Of a stretch of 64,000 nt of DNA, positions 19,726-31,295 are shown in pieces. The stretch is from an uncultured Methanosarcinaceae archaeon. GTDB lineage: Archaea > Halobacteriota > Methanosarcinia > Methanosarcinales > Methanosarcinaceae. The position numbers and the translations under genes were made by a program. The DNA lies in the NCBI GenBank assembly GCA_963847185.1, contig CAWJYV010000007.1, positions 288,001-352,000 of the forward strand, in the 5' to 3' direction. Position 1 is the stretch's first letter, and the number at the start of each line of letters is the position of its first letter. Under the pieces are notes generated by a model. That model saw only the letters and a program-made list of their open reading frames with translations. It searched no databases and was not told where the DNA came from.

Positions 19726-22377
19726 TTGTCCAAGTTCGTATATTTTTTTGGAAAGGATGTAACTGATGGTAAAAGTAGCATGAAAGACCTGCTTGGAGGT
19801 AAGGGTGCAAATCTCGCCGAGATGGCAAATCTCGGAATTCCCGTACCACCTGGCTTTACAATAACGACCGAAGTTTGTGTACTTTACTTAAAAGATGGAA
19901 AATATTCTGAAGAAGTACTCAAGCAGGTAAAAGAAGCAATTGATAAGCTCGAGGCCTTAAATATCAAAAAATTGGGAGATCCAGATGATCCGCTTCTTGT
20001 TTCTGTAAGATCTGGAGCCCGGGTGTCCATGCCGGGGATGATGGACACTGTCCTTAATCTGGGGCTCACGGATAAATCCGTAATCGGACTCGCAAACAAG
20101 GTCGACGATGAAAGATTCGCTTATGATTGCTACCGCAGATTTATCTCCATGTTTGGAGATGTTGTGCTGGGAATTGACTTTGACAAATTCGAGTCTCTAA
20201 TTGAAGACAAGAAAAAAGAAATGAAAGTCAAATCCGATGCTGATCTCGATGCGAAATCTTTAAAATATCTGGCTGAAAGGTTCAAAGAAGTAATCAAACT
20301 TGAAAAAGGGTTTGAGTTTCCTCAGGATCCGAAAATCCAGCTTCAGATGGCAATTAATGCTGTTTTTGATTCTTGGAATAATCCGAGAGCCATCACATAC
20401 AGAAAGCTCAACGAAATTGATGACAGCTGGGGCACAGCCGTCAATGTACAGACCATGGTTTACGGGAACAGAGGAAACACCTCAGGTACAGGAGTTGCTT
20501 TTACAAGAAACCCGTCTACAGGGGAAAAGAAGTTCTTTGGAGAATACCTTATCAATGCCCAGGGCGAAGATGTGGTTGCAGGTATCCGGACTCCGGACTT
20601 TATTAATACCCTTGGAGATAAGATTCCTGATGCCTACAAACAGCTTGTAGATATCTGCCAGAGGCTTGAAGCTCACTTCAAGGACATGCAGGACATAGAG
20701 TTTACCATTCAGGAAGGAAAACTCTACATGCTCCAGACAAGGACAGGTAAGCGAACAGCTGCCGCAACCGTTAAGATTGCAACGGACATGGTCGCAGAAG
20801 GACTGATTGATAAAGACACAGCAGTCACAAGGGTAAAAGCCGAACATATTGACCAGCTCCTGCATCCGAGAATTGACCCCAAAGCAAAGTTTGAAATAGT
20901 GGCAAGAGGGCTTCCGGCATCTCCAGGCGCTGCTGTAGGAAAAGTCGTATTTACTGCCGAGGCAGCCGAGGAAATGGCCGAGTTAGGAGAAAAAACTATT
21001 CTCGTCCGAACCGAGACCTCTCCTGAAGATATAGGAGGTATGGCAGCTGCTCAAGGAGTTCTTACCGTACGCGGAGGAATGACCTCTCATGCAGCAGTCG
21101 TTGGTAGAGGCATGGGTAAGCCCTGTGTAGTAGGCTGCGGAGAAATCTCAATCGACATGAAGAACGGCCTCTTCATGGTGAATGGTCAAATTGTTAAGGA
21201 ACATGACTATATCTCCATTGATGGGAGCTTAGGCAGTGTTATCCTCGGGAAAGTTGAGCTCATTGATGCCGAAATTAATAATGATCTGAAGCGCCTTCTC
21301 ATCTGGGCGGATGCAATCAGAACTCTCGGAGTCAGAACTAATGCAGATAATCCGGCAGATGCAGCCCTGGCCCGTGAACTTGGTGCAGAAGGCATCGGAC
21401 TTTGCAGAACTGAGCATATGTTCTTCGGAGAAGACAGAATTCCCGCAGTAAGGGAAATGATTATGGCAGAGGACGAAAAGTCCAGGAAGAAAGCCCTCAA
21501 GAAACTGCTCCCCATGCAGAAGGAAGACTTCCTTGGCATCTTCCGCAGTATGGAAGGACTGCCAGTAACTATCAGGCTGCTTGATCCTCCTCTCCACGAG
21601 TTCCTTCCTGACAAGGAAGAACTGGATGCAAAGCTCAGGGAACTTGAAGCTTCCGGAGACTGCGGGAAGATCGACGAGGTAAAGAAGATCATCCAGCGTG
21701 TTGTTTCCCTTAAGGAACTCAATCCTATGCTCGGCCACAGAGGATGCAGGCTTGGAATCACCTATCCAGAAATCTACAATATGCAGGTACGCGCAATCAT
21801 GGAAGCAGCCTGTGAGCTCTCTGCCGAGGGAGTAAATGTTATTCCTGAAATTATGATTCCACTTGTGGGCCTTGTAAAAGAGCTGACTCTTACCAGAGGG
21901 GAAGTTTGCAAGATGGCTGAGACAGTTATGGCTGAAAAAGGCATCAAGATCGATTATCATGTAGGAACCATGATCGAATTGCCAAGAGCCGCAATTGTTG
22001 CAGACCAGATCGCTAGGGAAGCCGATTTCTTCTCCTTTGGAACAAACGACCTGACCCAGACAACCTTTGGATTCAGCCGTGACGACGTGTCCAAATTTGT
22101 GCCTATCTACCAGAAAGCAGGTATTATTGAGCACGATCCCTTCGCAGTCCTTGACAGGGAAGGTGTTGGCGAGATAATGAAGATCGGAATTCAAAAAGGA
22201 CGTTCTGTCAAACCAAAACTTAAAATGGGTATCTGTGGAGAACACGGTGGAGAGCCAAGGTCAATCCACTTTGCTTATGAAATAGGACTCGATTACGTAA
22301 GCTGCTCTCCTTACAGAGTACCAATTGCAAGACTTGTGGCTGCACAGAGCACTCTTGAATCCAGAAACGCAAAATAA
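19726..22377 (+). CDS. ppdK: Pyruvate, phosphate dikinase
   Basis: LLGGKGANLAEM, VSVRSGA, GGMTSHAAVV (phospho-His), GIGLCRTEHMF, FSFGTNDLTQ, GICGEHGG; TTG 19726 follows GGAGG. Confidence 0.98.
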   Translation: MSKFVYFFGKDVTDGKSSMKDLLGGKGANLAEMANLGIPVPPGFTITTEVCVLYLKDGKYSEEVLKQVKEAIDKLEALNIKKLGDPDDPLLVSVRSGARVSMPGMMDTVLNLGLTDKSVIGLANKVDDERFAYDCYRRFISMFGDVVLGIDFDKFESLIEDKKKEMKVKSDADLDAKSLKYLAERFKEVIKLEKGFEFPQDPKIQLQMAINAVFDSWNNPRAITYRKLNEIDDSWGTAVNVQTMVYGNRGNTSGTGVAFTRNPSTGEKKFFGEYLINAQGEDVVAGIRTPDFINTLGDKIPDAYKQLVDICQRLEAHFKDMQDIEFTIQEGKLYMLQTRTGKRTAAATVKIATDMVAEGLIDKDTAVTRVKAEHIDQLLHPRIDPKAKFEIVARGLPASPGAAVGKVVFTAEAAEEMAELGEKTILVRTETSPEDIGGMAAAQGVLTVRGGMTSHAAVVGRGMGKPCVVGCGEISIDMKNGLFMVNGQIVKEHDYISIDGSLGSVILGKVELIDAEINNDLKRLLIWADAIRTLGVRTNADNPADAALARELGAEGIGLCRTEHMFFGEDRIPAVREMIMAEDEKSRKKALKKLLPMQKEDFLGIFRSMEGLPVTIRLLDPPLHEFLPDKEELDAKLRELEASGDCGKIDEVKKIIQRVVSLKELNPMLGHRGCRLGITYPEIYNMQVRAIMEAACELSAEGVNVIPEIMIPLVGLVKELTLTRGEVCKMAETVMAEKGIKIDYHVGTMIELPRAAIVADQIAREADFFSFGTNDLTQTTFGFSRDDVSKFVPIYQKAGIIEHDPFAVLDREGVGEIMKIGIQKGRSVKPKLKMGICGEHGGEPRSIHFAYEIGLDYVSCSPYRVPIARLVAAQSTLESRNAK

Positions 22378-22405
22378 AATCTTTAAATAAATATTAATTC
22401 AAAAC

Positions 22406-22443
22406 AGGTAGGACGAAAATCCTGCCTATACTTCCTCTTTTTT
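22406..22443 (+). terminator. Hairpin plus T-tract after ppdK
   Basis: aggtagga-cgaaaa-tcctgcct followed by cttcctctttttt. Confidence 0.55.
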
Positions 22444-22686
22444 CTAAAAACTTGTTATTAAGAGTAAACTCTATGAATTGCTGAAAAACAATCTGAGAGA
22501 AACACTTTAATTTAAGAAGCTAGTCCTAACTTGGGAGCAGCAGCTCTAAATGTGGAGCTGTTTTACAAAATATGTATAGCAGGTAATTACAATAAATTCT
22601 TTAGAAAAGAAAGGAATTAAGGATTATTGCAGCTTCAATCAGCTACAATTCCCTGAAATTATTCTTTTTTAGTTCTAGATTCTTAA

Positions 22687-23652
22687 TTAATAGTTCCTTG
22701 CAATCATATAGTCTGCAATCTGAAGAAGTAAATCCTTTTCAGGACAGTCTGCCAGAGCATCCAGCTTTGCCTTACCGTCGTTAATGTATGATATTGCAAG
22801 ATTCTTTACGTAATCAATGGATCCGCATTCTGTCAGAATCTGGACTGCTTCTTCGGTTTCTTCCAGAGTAGCTTCTCCTTTTCCGAAGATATCCAGTTTT
22901 ACACCTTTTCCGAAAGCGTCAATTACAATAAGGGTATGTTTTCCTTCCATAAGGTCACTGCCCCTTACTTTACCGAGTACTTCCTGTGGGGTGATCATAT
23001 CCAGAACATCATCATACATCTGGAAGCCGATCCCTATAAGGCGTCCGTACTCTGATAAAGCTTCAGCAACCTCATCAGAGGCTCCTCCCAGGAGGGCTCC
23101 TATCTTGGCTGCAGCTGCGTAGAGAACTGAGGTCTTTTTCTCCACCATCTCAATGTATTCGGATTCAGTAACTCTTTCTCTTTTCTCAAAGTCCATATCA
23201 AGCCACTGCCCTTCGCAGATTTCAGTACAGGTCTTTGAGAGTACATCCATGCATTTCAAAATTCTTACAGGTTCGTTTTCAACTTTTGACAGGATCTCGA
23301 AAGCCTTGGAGTAAAGAGTATCTCCTGCAAGAATCGCGCCTGCTTCCCCCCATATCATATGGACTGCAGGCCTGCCTCTACGGATATCGTCTTTGTCCAT
23401 AATGTCGTCATGTATCAGGGTAAAATTATGGACAAGTTCTACGGCCACTGCTGCAGGCAAAACAGATTTGAGATCGGAACCTACAGCTTCAGCTGCCAGA
23501 ATAAGGACTGCCGGACGGAGGCGTTTTCCTCCGGCATCCACAAGGTAACGAGAAGCTTTGTACAGTTCCTCGGGACGAGTTACGGGAAGCATCTCATTAA
23601 TTGCAGCATCAACATGGACACTTCTTTTTTTGATCTCATCTATAAGAGTCAT
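22687..23652 (-). CDS. idsA: Geranylgeranyl diphosphate synthase (short-chain polyprenyl synthase)
   Basis: GGKRLRP, FTLIHDDIMD..RRG, GQWLD, KKT, FQMYDDVLD, GSDLMEGK; ATG 23652 preferred over 23679. Confidence 0.95.
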   Translation of the reverse strand: MTLIDEIKKRSVHVDAAINEMLPVTRPEELYKASRYLVDAGGKRLRPAVLILAAEAVGSDLKSVLPAAVAVELVHNFTLIHDDIMDKDDIRRGRPAVHMIWGEAGAILAGDTLYSKAFEILSKVENEPVRILKCMDVLSKTCTEICEGQWLDMDFEKRERVTESEYIEMVEKKTSVLYAAAAKIGALLGGASDEVAEALSEYGRLIGIGFQMYDDVLDMITPQEVLGKVRGSDLMEGKHTLIVIDAFGKGVKLDIFGKGEATLEETEEAVQILTECGSIDYVKNLAISYINDGKAKLDALADCPEKDLLLQIADYMIARNY

Positions 23653-23679
23653 AAACACCACAAGAATACGGATATACAA

Positions 23680-25023
23680 TTATTCTTCTATATATAACAC
23701 TTCACCGTTTCTGAGGAGGTGTACTGTATCTCCAAGTACATACCCGGCATCTTCAGCCATCTCGATGTAGTGTCCGTGCATCTCCAGGTCTCCATGGGCA
23801 GGAATTACGTGTTCGGGATTTACCATACGCAGGAGTTCCCAGTGGTCTTCCCTGTATGCGTGTCCTGATACATGCACATTGTCGTAGATCCTTGCACCCC
23901 GCATCCTGAGTTTGGTCTCAAGAGCATAACGGTTGGCCTGAGTCATTGGGCTTGGGATTACATTTGCAGAGAAAATAACCCTGTCTCCGGGATCTATGGT
24001 ATACGGAGTTTCCCCGTTTGAAACTCGCACAAGAATCGAACCTGGCTCACCCTGGTGCCCGGTAACTATTGGGAGGTATTTGTTCTTTCCTTCCTGCATA
24101 ATACGTTTGAAAATCCGATCAACGTCTTTCCTCTGGCCGCACATCTCAACATTGGAAGGCAGCTCGATATATCCAAGATCTCTTGCAGCCGCAACATAGC
24201 GTTCCATTGAACGGCCCATAAGCACAGGGATTCTGCCCATCTCGCCAGCTGCTTCAATAATCGCTTTCAGCCTGGGGATATGGGAAGCAAAAGTGGTAAT
24301 TATCATTCCTACTTCGGATTCTTCAGTTCCGAGCAGTACATCCCTTACCATATCTTTTGCAATCTGTTCAGAAGGAGTTTTTCCTGAGCGTCCTGCGTTC
24401 GTACTCTCTGTAATCATTGCAATAACCCCTTCCTTACCAAGGGCTTTAAGGCGTGCAAAATCAGGAGCTTCACCCATTGTCGGAGTCCTATCCAGCTTGA
24501 AATCACAGGCGTAAAGAACTGCTCCAACCGGAGTGTGAACAGCTGCGAGAACACAATCAATGATACTGTGCTGGACACGGATGAATTCGATGGAAATGTC
24601 TTCTGTAACCTGGTAAGTCCCACCTGCATTCAAGGGAATAACCCTGTTGCAAACCTCAAACTTGCGTTCGGCCTCTATCTGCTGTTTGATTAGAGCCGAT
24701 GTATATGGTGTAGCAATAATTGGGGCATTATACCTGTGGGCAAGTTTCGGAATTGCACCTATATGGTCAAGATGCCCGTGAGTACAGACAATTGCCCGGA
24801 CAGTTCCATTGATTTCTTTCATGATAGTATCATCAGGAATTGCTCCCATCTCGATCAGTTCGAGAGAGTGCATTTTGTCAATTTCGACATCTTCATGAAT
24901 CTGAACTCTATCGAGCCGAAGCCCCATGTCCAGAATTATAATATCTTCACCTATGATAACGGCAGTCATGTTGCGGCCCATCTCGTTATAGCCGCCGACT
25001 GCAACAATTCCTATTTCAGTCAT
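23680..25023 (-). CDS. rnj: Ribonuclease J (beta-CASP)
   Basis: GGYNEMGRN, THGHLDHIG, HSIID, DFKLD, TGHQGEP, HVSGH, PAHG. Confidence 0.95.
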   Translation of the reverse strand: MTEIGIVAVGGYNEMGRNMTAVIIGEDIIILDMGLRLDRVQIHEDVEIDKMHSLELIEMGAIPDDTIMKEINGTVRAIVCTHGHLDHIGAIPKLAHRYNAPIIATPYTSALIKQQIEAERKFEVCNRVIPLNAGGTYQVTEDISIEFIRVQHSIIDCVLAAVHTPVGAVLYACDFKLDRTPTMGEAPDFARLKALGKEGVIAMITESTNAGRSGKTPSEQIAKDMVRDVLLGTEESEVGMIITTFASHIPRLKAIIEAAGEMGRIPVLMGRSMERYVAAARDLGYIELPSNVEMCGQRKDVDRIFKRIMQEGKNKYLPIVTGHQGEPGSILVRVSNGETPYTIDPGDRVIFSANVIPSPMTQANRYALETKLRMRGARIYDNVHVSGHAYREDHWELLRMVNPEHVIPAHGDLEMHGHYIEMAEDAGYVLGDTVHLLRNGEVLYIEE

Positions 25024-26174
25024 ATTTTTTAAACCTCTTACTTTAATTTTTATCCTTGTGAAACCGAAACCTCAGAATACAGATCCGGGAACGGTCTTGA
25101 ATCAATGACCATGAGTGTGAACAGTACAATACGTAAATATAGAATCAGTAGTAGACCAGCTACTTCTTAGATCCTTTCTCTCATGAGTGGAGCATGTTCC
25201 TGAGTGAACTGGATCAGGATACAATTTCTTACAGAAGAATACAACCTCAAATATATATTAGTTTCTTTATACAAATAATTCAACGCTAGCTATGAATTCC
25301 GGGGACTATTCCTGGTACTTTATTTCTTGATCAACTCAAAGGATTTCTTATCCAATCGGATCAAATAAACTCCGGCTATAAACTCAATCAACAAGCGCCT
25401 CCAGCGTACTCTTCTCTTACAGACTTATTATCTCTTTTAATTGCCTGATCTCCAGTGAACTCAATGAAGTAAGATTTCTACCTTCTATATGCTTTAATAA
25501 CTGATTCTTTTATTCCAACTGACTCTTCTGGAAATTTTAGTGTTTCACTTTGTTGCAGTTGATCTCTATTAATTAAAATCCTTATTCACTAAATTCATTT
25601 CTTTCTTGAATGTACTTACTTGGAAACTTTAACTGAATGAACTCTTATGTGATAAATTTCATAAATAACTTTGATCTAATAGGAGTGACTTGAATTGAAT
25701 GATCTCGCAAATAATATAAGCAATTTATTAAATTAATTTCCAAATAAATCTTTATTTGCAGAAATGACAATTCTGCTAATTTTTGGTCATATGATAGTAA
25801 ATCTTCAATGTAATTGTTTTCAACAATTCAGATAGTTTTGTATCTTCTTATATTGCTGAATAGCTGCTGATAATGATATGTCCTCATTTATCCTATTCTT
25901 TAGGTATCCCTAAAGGGTAATAAACTAGTTAATTTTTTCCTTGTTATGGAAGCAAATTTCCACTAAGCGAATTTTTCAGGTTCAAAAGCATGAGCCTTTA
26001 TTATTTTAATATTAACTTTTCCTGTGGAACATTACTTCATTTTATGTATAAATATTGTTATGGGCTAAGCTTTTATTAAATGATCTGTATTGAGCATCAT
26101 CTGTAATAGCAAATATTAATAAATTACAAATTAAGGTAACCTGATTGTCCTGTACATTAAATATTTTTCCTTGG

Positions 26175-27281
26175 TTAAAATATGTCCCTTGACACTGCAT
26201 AGTCTTTTACGTTAAATCCGCGCTGTCCAAGATATTCAAGGGTCCAGCCAGTAACGACCACAGGGGCATTATGCAGATCCTGTATATTTCCACAGCCGCA
26301 AAGGAACATTGCGGTTCTGAATTCATCCAGCATACGAGACAGGATACTGACAACTGATTCTTTTCCCTCAAGAGCAGGACCTACAAAGGGTAAAGCTGCA
26401 CTCGCTGCATTTGCTCCAAGAGCAATGGATTTTGCAATATCAAGCCCTGTCCTTACTCCACCTGTTGCGATAATTGGGAGGGAAATCCTGCACTCTATAA
26501 TGCTGGCAACAGTAGGAATCCCAAAATCCCAGAAGAGTTCCCCAAGGTGTTCTGAGAGAGAGTCTTCGCTTTCTCTGGCTCTGTATACTTCAACTCCTGC
26601 CCAGCTGGTGCCTCCAACGCCTCCCACATCAATTGCAGAAACACCTATTTTCTGGAGCATGAGGGCATCTTCTCTTGAGATTCCGGCTCCTGTTTCTTTA
26701 ACAATTATCGGAGTGTCCAGCACGGAACAGATCTCTCTTATCATTTCCAGGCATCCTGTGGCATCTCTATCTCCTTCAGGTTGGATGGCTTCCTGCAGGA
26801 AATTCAGGTGGATGGCAAGGGCATCAGCGTCTATCATCTCAACAAGTTTTTCAACCCCGTCAACCCCGTATTTGCGAATCTGGGCTGCACCCACGTTCCC
26901 GTAGACAAAGGCATTGGGAGCTTCATCCCTGACAATCCTGAAAGATTCTTCCTGGGAAGGATCATCGATTGCAGCCCTCTGGCTGCCAACACCTATCCCC
27001 ACTCCAAGCTCTTCAGCTGCAGCCGCAAGAGCAGCGTTTACAGGAATTGTATCAGGGTGCCCTCCTGTAATTGAGGCTATTAAAAACGGAGCCTGGAGTC
27101 GCTTTCCGAAAATGTCCACAGACAGATCCAGCTTATCCATATCAAGTTCCGGAAGTGCCCTGTGAATCAGGGTTACATCCTCAAAGCCCGGACTGACCTT
27201 TCGAGATTCTACCGGGCTTTCAGCACATAGTCTGAGGTGTTCTATCTTTCGCCTTGAGGTAGTGTTGATCATGCTTTTCAT
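26175..27281 (-). CDS. fni: Type 2 isopentenyl-diphosphate delta-isomerase
   Basis: RKIEH, SITGG, GVGSQR, HLNFLQE, VKETGAG, GGTSW, TGGVRTG. Confidence 0.97.
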   Translation of the reverse strand: MKSMINTTSRRKIEHLRLCAESPVESRKVSPGFEDVTLIHRALPELDMDKLDLSVDIFGKRLQAPFLIASITGGHPDTIPVNAALAAAAEELGVGIGVGSQRAAIDDPSQEESFRIVRDEAPNAFVYGNVGAAQIRKYGVDGVEKLVEMIDADALAIHLNFLQEAIQPEGDRDATGCLEMIREICSVLDTPIIVKETGAGISREDALMLQKIGVSAIDVGGVGGTSWAGVEVYRARESEDSLSEHLGELFWDFGIPTVASIIECRISLPIIATGGVRTGLDIAKSIALGANAASAALPFVGPALEGKESVVSILSRMLDEFRTAMFLCGCGNIQDLHNAPVVVTGWTLEYLGQRGFNVKDYAVSRDIF

Positions 27282-28060
27282 ACCCTTTTATCCGGACTGA
27301 TTCTGGTTCCTATGGGTTCCCCATTCAAGAACCTGTAGACATTATCAGCTTTCCCTGCATTGAATATATATGATGTAATACAAGATGTTTTGCTAAGTTC
27401 CAGAAGTTCCTGTACCTTTCCCAGCATGCCACCTGTAACGTCGGTATTTCCGGATCCCCCTATATAATGGCTGACACTTTCAAATTTTTCAGGGGTTATT
27501 TCAGGTACAGGCTTCCCGGTGTTATCAAGCACCCCGTCCTCTGCAGATCCCAATCCGAGCCTGGTGATCCCAAGTTCTTTTGCAAGATAAGGAACAATCT
27601 GGTCTCCTGAAAGAACGCATGCCCCAAGTTCGAAATCCATAACTACGTCTCCATGAAGTACGGGGACAAAACCGTTTTCGAGCATGAGTCTTATGTTTTC
27701 AAGGTACATGCTTTCTATTCTCCCTTTTCTGCAAACTGTACAGCCCATGGGATGTACAGCCACGGCCCGAACTCCGAAACTATTCAGGGCATCTACCACT
27801 CTGGAAGCGAGTTTTTTGACTGACTCGTGAGTTACAATGGCTCCTTCCGGATCAAAATTCCTGTCAAGCCCATATTTCTTGGCGTAGGTATGCCCGAAGG
27901 AACCTGCACCATGTACAATAATCATTTTTCCCTGGAATTCGGAGACTTCACGAGCAATCCTTATGAGGTCAGCCTCTCTTACAACCCCTTGATCTGCTCC
28001 TTTGTCCGTAATGACGCTGCCCCCAAGTTTCAGGATAACAGGTTCGGTTGAGACCTTCAT
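27278..28060 (-). CDS. ipk: Isopentenyl phosphate kinase
   Basis: LKLGGSVITDK, VHGAGSFGH, PVLHGDVV, SGDQ, DVTGGMLGK; between mvk and fni. Confidence 0.93.
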   Translation of the reverse strand: MKVSTEPVILKLGGSVITDKGADQGVVREADLIRIAREVSEFQGKMIIVHGAGSFGHTYAKKYGLDRNFDPEGAIVTHESVKKLASRVVDALNSFGVRAVAVHPMGCTVCRKGRIESMYLENIRLMLENGFVPVLHGDVVMDFELGACVLSGDQIVPYLAKELGITRLGLGSAEDGVLDNTGKPVPEITPEKFESVSHYIGGSGNTDVTGGMLGKVQELLELSKTSCITSYIFNAGKADNVYRFLNGEPIGTRISPDKRV

Positions 28061-28141
28061 GCCATATCACTTATACCTTTTTTGATAAAGTTCAATTTAT
28101 TATGTAATAACCGCGAAATGACGAAGTTATGATCTAACGGC

Positions 28142-29047
28142 TCAATCTAACTTCAAGCCCTGCTCTGTAGGTTTTGTTATAATTACTTTACCGCCTGCAC
28201 TTTCAATGGCTTCAGCAACCTGTGTACATTTATCAGGTGCTGTAAGGGCAACCATGCATCCCCCGCCTCCGGCACCTGTAATCTTTGCTCCGAAAGCTCC
28301 GGCTCCTCTAGCGGAATAAATCAGCCTGGAGAGTTCAAGAATATTCACCCCAAGAGCATCCAGAAGTCCCTGGTTTACATTCATAAGTCTGCCAATTGAA
28401 GAATAATCTCCTGCAAGGACAAAAGGTTCCCCTATTCTGGAAATTTTGCCAATTGAAGACATTAGGGGCTCTATAAGTTCTGGATAACTTTCACGGAGCT
28501 TTCTGACATTTGCTACAAGCTCCTTCGTAGAAGAAAAAACTCCTGTATCCCCTATAACAATTCCACAATCAGGTGTTCTCAGTTTCCTTCTATCGGGAAT
28601 GGTCACAACTCCTCCGAATGTAGATACATAGGTGTCAGTAGGACTAGCAGCTCCCTGTACCTGTATCTCTATCTCGTGCCCCATTTTTGCAATTTCTTTG
28701 AGAGAAAGGCCGCAGCCAAGCAACTCATTGAGGACGCCTATACATGCAATTGTCACAGCAGCAGATGACCCGAGTCCGGAGCCTACAGGAATATCAGACT
28801 CAACCTCAAGGAAAATACCTTTAACAGGAGATATCTTTCTCATTTTCTCAATAACCGTGGAGATATACGGATGCTTTTCAAAGTCAATTCCTGTTCTGCC
28901 AATTTGCGACTGGATTATTATGGAATCATTAATTTCCGCTCTCACTCGGGTCCTTAACTCAACTGCACATGCTATTGCGTTTTCTCCATAAACAACTGCA
29001 TGCTCTCCGAAAAGATAGATTTTCCCGGGGGCAGAACATGAAACCAT
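28142..29047 (-). CDS. mvk: Mevalonate kinase
   Basis: APGKIYLFGEHAVVYG, PVGSGLGSSAA, KITGAGGGGC. Confidence 0.97.
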   Translation of the reverse strand: MVSCSAPGKIYLFGEHAVVYGENAIACAVELRTRVRAEINDSIIIQSQIGRTGIDFEKHPYISTVIEKMRKISPVKGIFLEVESDIPVGSGLGSSAAVTIACIGVLNELLGCGLSLKEIAKMGHEIEIQVQGAASPTDTYVSTFGGVVTIPDRRKLRTPDCGIVIGDTGVFSSTKELVANVRKLRESYPELIEPLMSSIGKISRIGEPFVLAGDYSSIGRLMNVNQGLLDALGVNILELSRLIYSARGAGAFGAKITGAGGGGCMVALTAPDKCTQVAEAIESAGGKVIITKPTEQGLKLD

Positions 29048-29249
29048 TATTACTCCTCTTAAATTTGATTGAAATTTTTATTCAGTGAATTTATTATTTG
29101 AACTTCTGATTTAATTCATAAGCTGATGTACAATATTATAAAATAAAAGTTTAGGAATTACTTATCCGGGCATAAGTAACCATGGATATCCCGGTATTTT
29201 TTAATTAAAATCAGAAATTGAAGGGTTTTATTTTCCCGTAGGAATCCTT

Positions 29250-30047
29250 TCACTCTACGATTATTGCGGCATATCCTACAACTGCATCTAAATCTCCGGA
29301 AATATTCCCGCTATTTGTATAATTAAGCAGAGTAGCCTTTTTTCCTCCAAGCTTTTTGGAAGCTGTCAGCATCGCAGCGATTGGCCCATAGCCGCATACA
29401 GATGCATTTCTCCGATAGAGCCTGTTGTATATCTCCGGGACATCCAGATTCAGGATAGCTTCTATGATTTCATTGTCAACTTCCTTTGCAAGATCTGCAG
29501 GCTGGTAGTGAGTAAAATCGCTGGATGCTATGAAAACTACTTTTTTTCCACTTTTGGAAACAAGATCCGCAGCAAGGTTCCCTACCTCAATTGCAGTCTC
29601 TTCATCCTGCATGCCCATACATATAGGAAGGATCTTGAAATCTCTCTCAAAACGATATTGAAGGAAAGGAAGCTGAACTTCAATCGAGTGTTCGTACCTG
29701 TGTCCGAGTTCGTCTGCATCAACGATGCTTCCCAAAAAACCATCTGCAAGATCGACATCAACCTCTATCGTCCCCAGAGGAGTTTTCCATGTATCCCTGG
29801 ATACTGATACCGGCGAACCGTATCCCGTATGGTTGGGGCCAAAAAGGACATAGGTATCGGCTTCTGGAAGGGTTGCATAAGCATGTGCAGCTACTTTCCC
29901 TGAATAAACATATCCCGCATGAGGGCAAACAGCTCCGAGAACATTTCGTTCCCGGATCTCCAAACCTTCAAAACATCTCTTAAGTTCTTTCTCCAGATGT
30001 TCACAATGCAGGGGATAGAACTGCCCTGCAACTGCTGGCTGTCTCAT
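29250..30047 (-). CDS. MEMO1-family protein (AmmeMemoRadiSam protein B-like)
   Basis: RQPAVAGQFYP, PHAGYVYSG, GPNHTG, EHSIEVQLPFLQ, ASSDFTHY, CGYGP. Confidence 0.94.
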   Translation of the reverse strand: MRQPAVAGQFYPLHCEHLEKELKRCFEGLEIRERNVLGAVCPHAGYVYSGKVAAHAYATLPEADTYVLFGPNHTGYGSPVSVSRDTWKTPLGTIEVDVDLADGFLGSIVDADELGHRYEHSIEVQLPFLQYRFERDFKILPICMGMQDEETAIEVGNLAADLVSKSGKKVVFIASSDFTHYQPADLAKEVDNEIIEAILNLDVPEIYNRLYRRNASVCGYGPIAAMLTASKKLGGKKATLLNYTNSGNISGDLDAVVGYAAIIVE

Positions 30048-30116
30048 TTCTAATCACCCATATAAGATACGGGTCATTTTTATATATGCTTGCAGTATGC
30101 AGGACTGAGTCTGAAA

Positions 30117-30854
30117 TCAGAGAGGTGTTTCGAAGTCTGTCATCTCGTAATTGAAAGGAATATTATTAGATTTTGCCACTTCTCTTGCAAGCAACCAGTA
30201 AACAAGGGAAAGAGCTTTTCTACCTTTGTTGTTTGTGGGGATCACAAGATCCACGTTTGAAATCAGGTTATTTGTGTCACAGAGTGCTACAACAGGTACG
30301 CCAATGCTTGAGGCTTCTTTCAGAACCTGGGCATCTCCTGCAGGATCGGTTACAATCACAACATCAGGCTCAAAGAAACCATAGATCTGAGGGTTTGTAA
30401 GGGACCCGGGGATAAACCTTCCAAGCATTGCCCTTGTGCCGAGTGCTCTGGAAAACATTCTTGCAGGGTGCTGTCCGTACTGCCTTGAAGAAACAACGAG
30501 TATTCTTGAAGGATCATAGTGAGACAGTAACCTTGATGCAACTCTTATTCTCTCGTCTGTAGCCTGGATGTCAAGCACATATAACCCATCAGTTCTGACT
30601 CTGTATACAAAACGCATCATATCCTGCGTCTTTTGCTGGGTTCCGATGTGAACGCCTGCTGCCAGGTATTCATCAATAGAGACAAGTGATGTGGTCCCTT
30701 CTTTTTCAGAAGCTTCTTCATCCTTTGTTCCTACATTTCCGGTTTTTGCTGCGGCTTCCTTTTCAGGTGCAGGTTCTGCTTCAGCCACGACATTTTCTTC
30801 AGGCAAAGGCTGTGCTTTATTTTCCTCCTGCCCTGTTTGCTCTATTTCCTCCAT
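30117..30854 (-). CDS. rps2: 30S ribosomal protein uS2 with acidic N-terminal extension
   Basis: [32 protein letters not shown]. Confidence 0.97.
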   Translation of the reverse strand: MEEIEQTGQEENKAQPLPEENVVAEAEPAPEKEAAAKTGNVGTKDEEASEKEGTTSLVSIDEYLAAGVHIGTQQKTQDMMRFVYRVRTDGLYVLDIQATDERIRVASRLLSHYDPSRILVVSSRQYGQHPARMFSRALGTRAMLGRFIPGSLTNPQIYGFFEPDVVIVTDPAGDAQVLKEASSIGVPVVALCDTNNLISNVDLVIPTNNKGRKALSLVYWLLAREVAKSNNIPFNYEMTDFETPL

Positions 30855-30924
30855 AAAGTCACCTCATAATATAGAATCGACAATAAAACACATTCAGTAT
30901 CTGAAAATGTATCCCATTACGTTT

Positions 30925-31116
<192 letters not shown>

Positions 31117-31220
31117 CTAAAACTTAAAAACGCTCCGATGAATTCCAATAATTGAGAAGCATGATAATGTTTGATATTTTAGTACATACCTGAATACCAG
31201 TATCCCTGAAAAAAGGGATA

Positions 31221-31295
31221 TGGGACCGCTGAGATTCGAACTCAGGTTCCGGCGTCCCGAACGCCGAAGGATGGACCAAGCTACCCTACGGTCCC
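31221..31295 (-). tRNA. tRNA-Pro(CGG)
   Basis: Reverse complement GGGACCGTAGGGTAGCTTGGTCCATCCTTCGGCGTTCGGGACGCCGGAACCTGAGTTCGAATCTCAGCGGTCCCA; anticodon loop TTCGGGA; directly abuts the rpoN stop. Confidence 0.96.

Noticed and set aside
21229-22245. 338-aa antisense ORF within ppdK (and many other antisense/overlapping ORFs, e.g. 17302-18117, 10955-11443, 37940-38545)
   Set aside because: Shadow ORFs of well-supported genes, with no recognisable motifs
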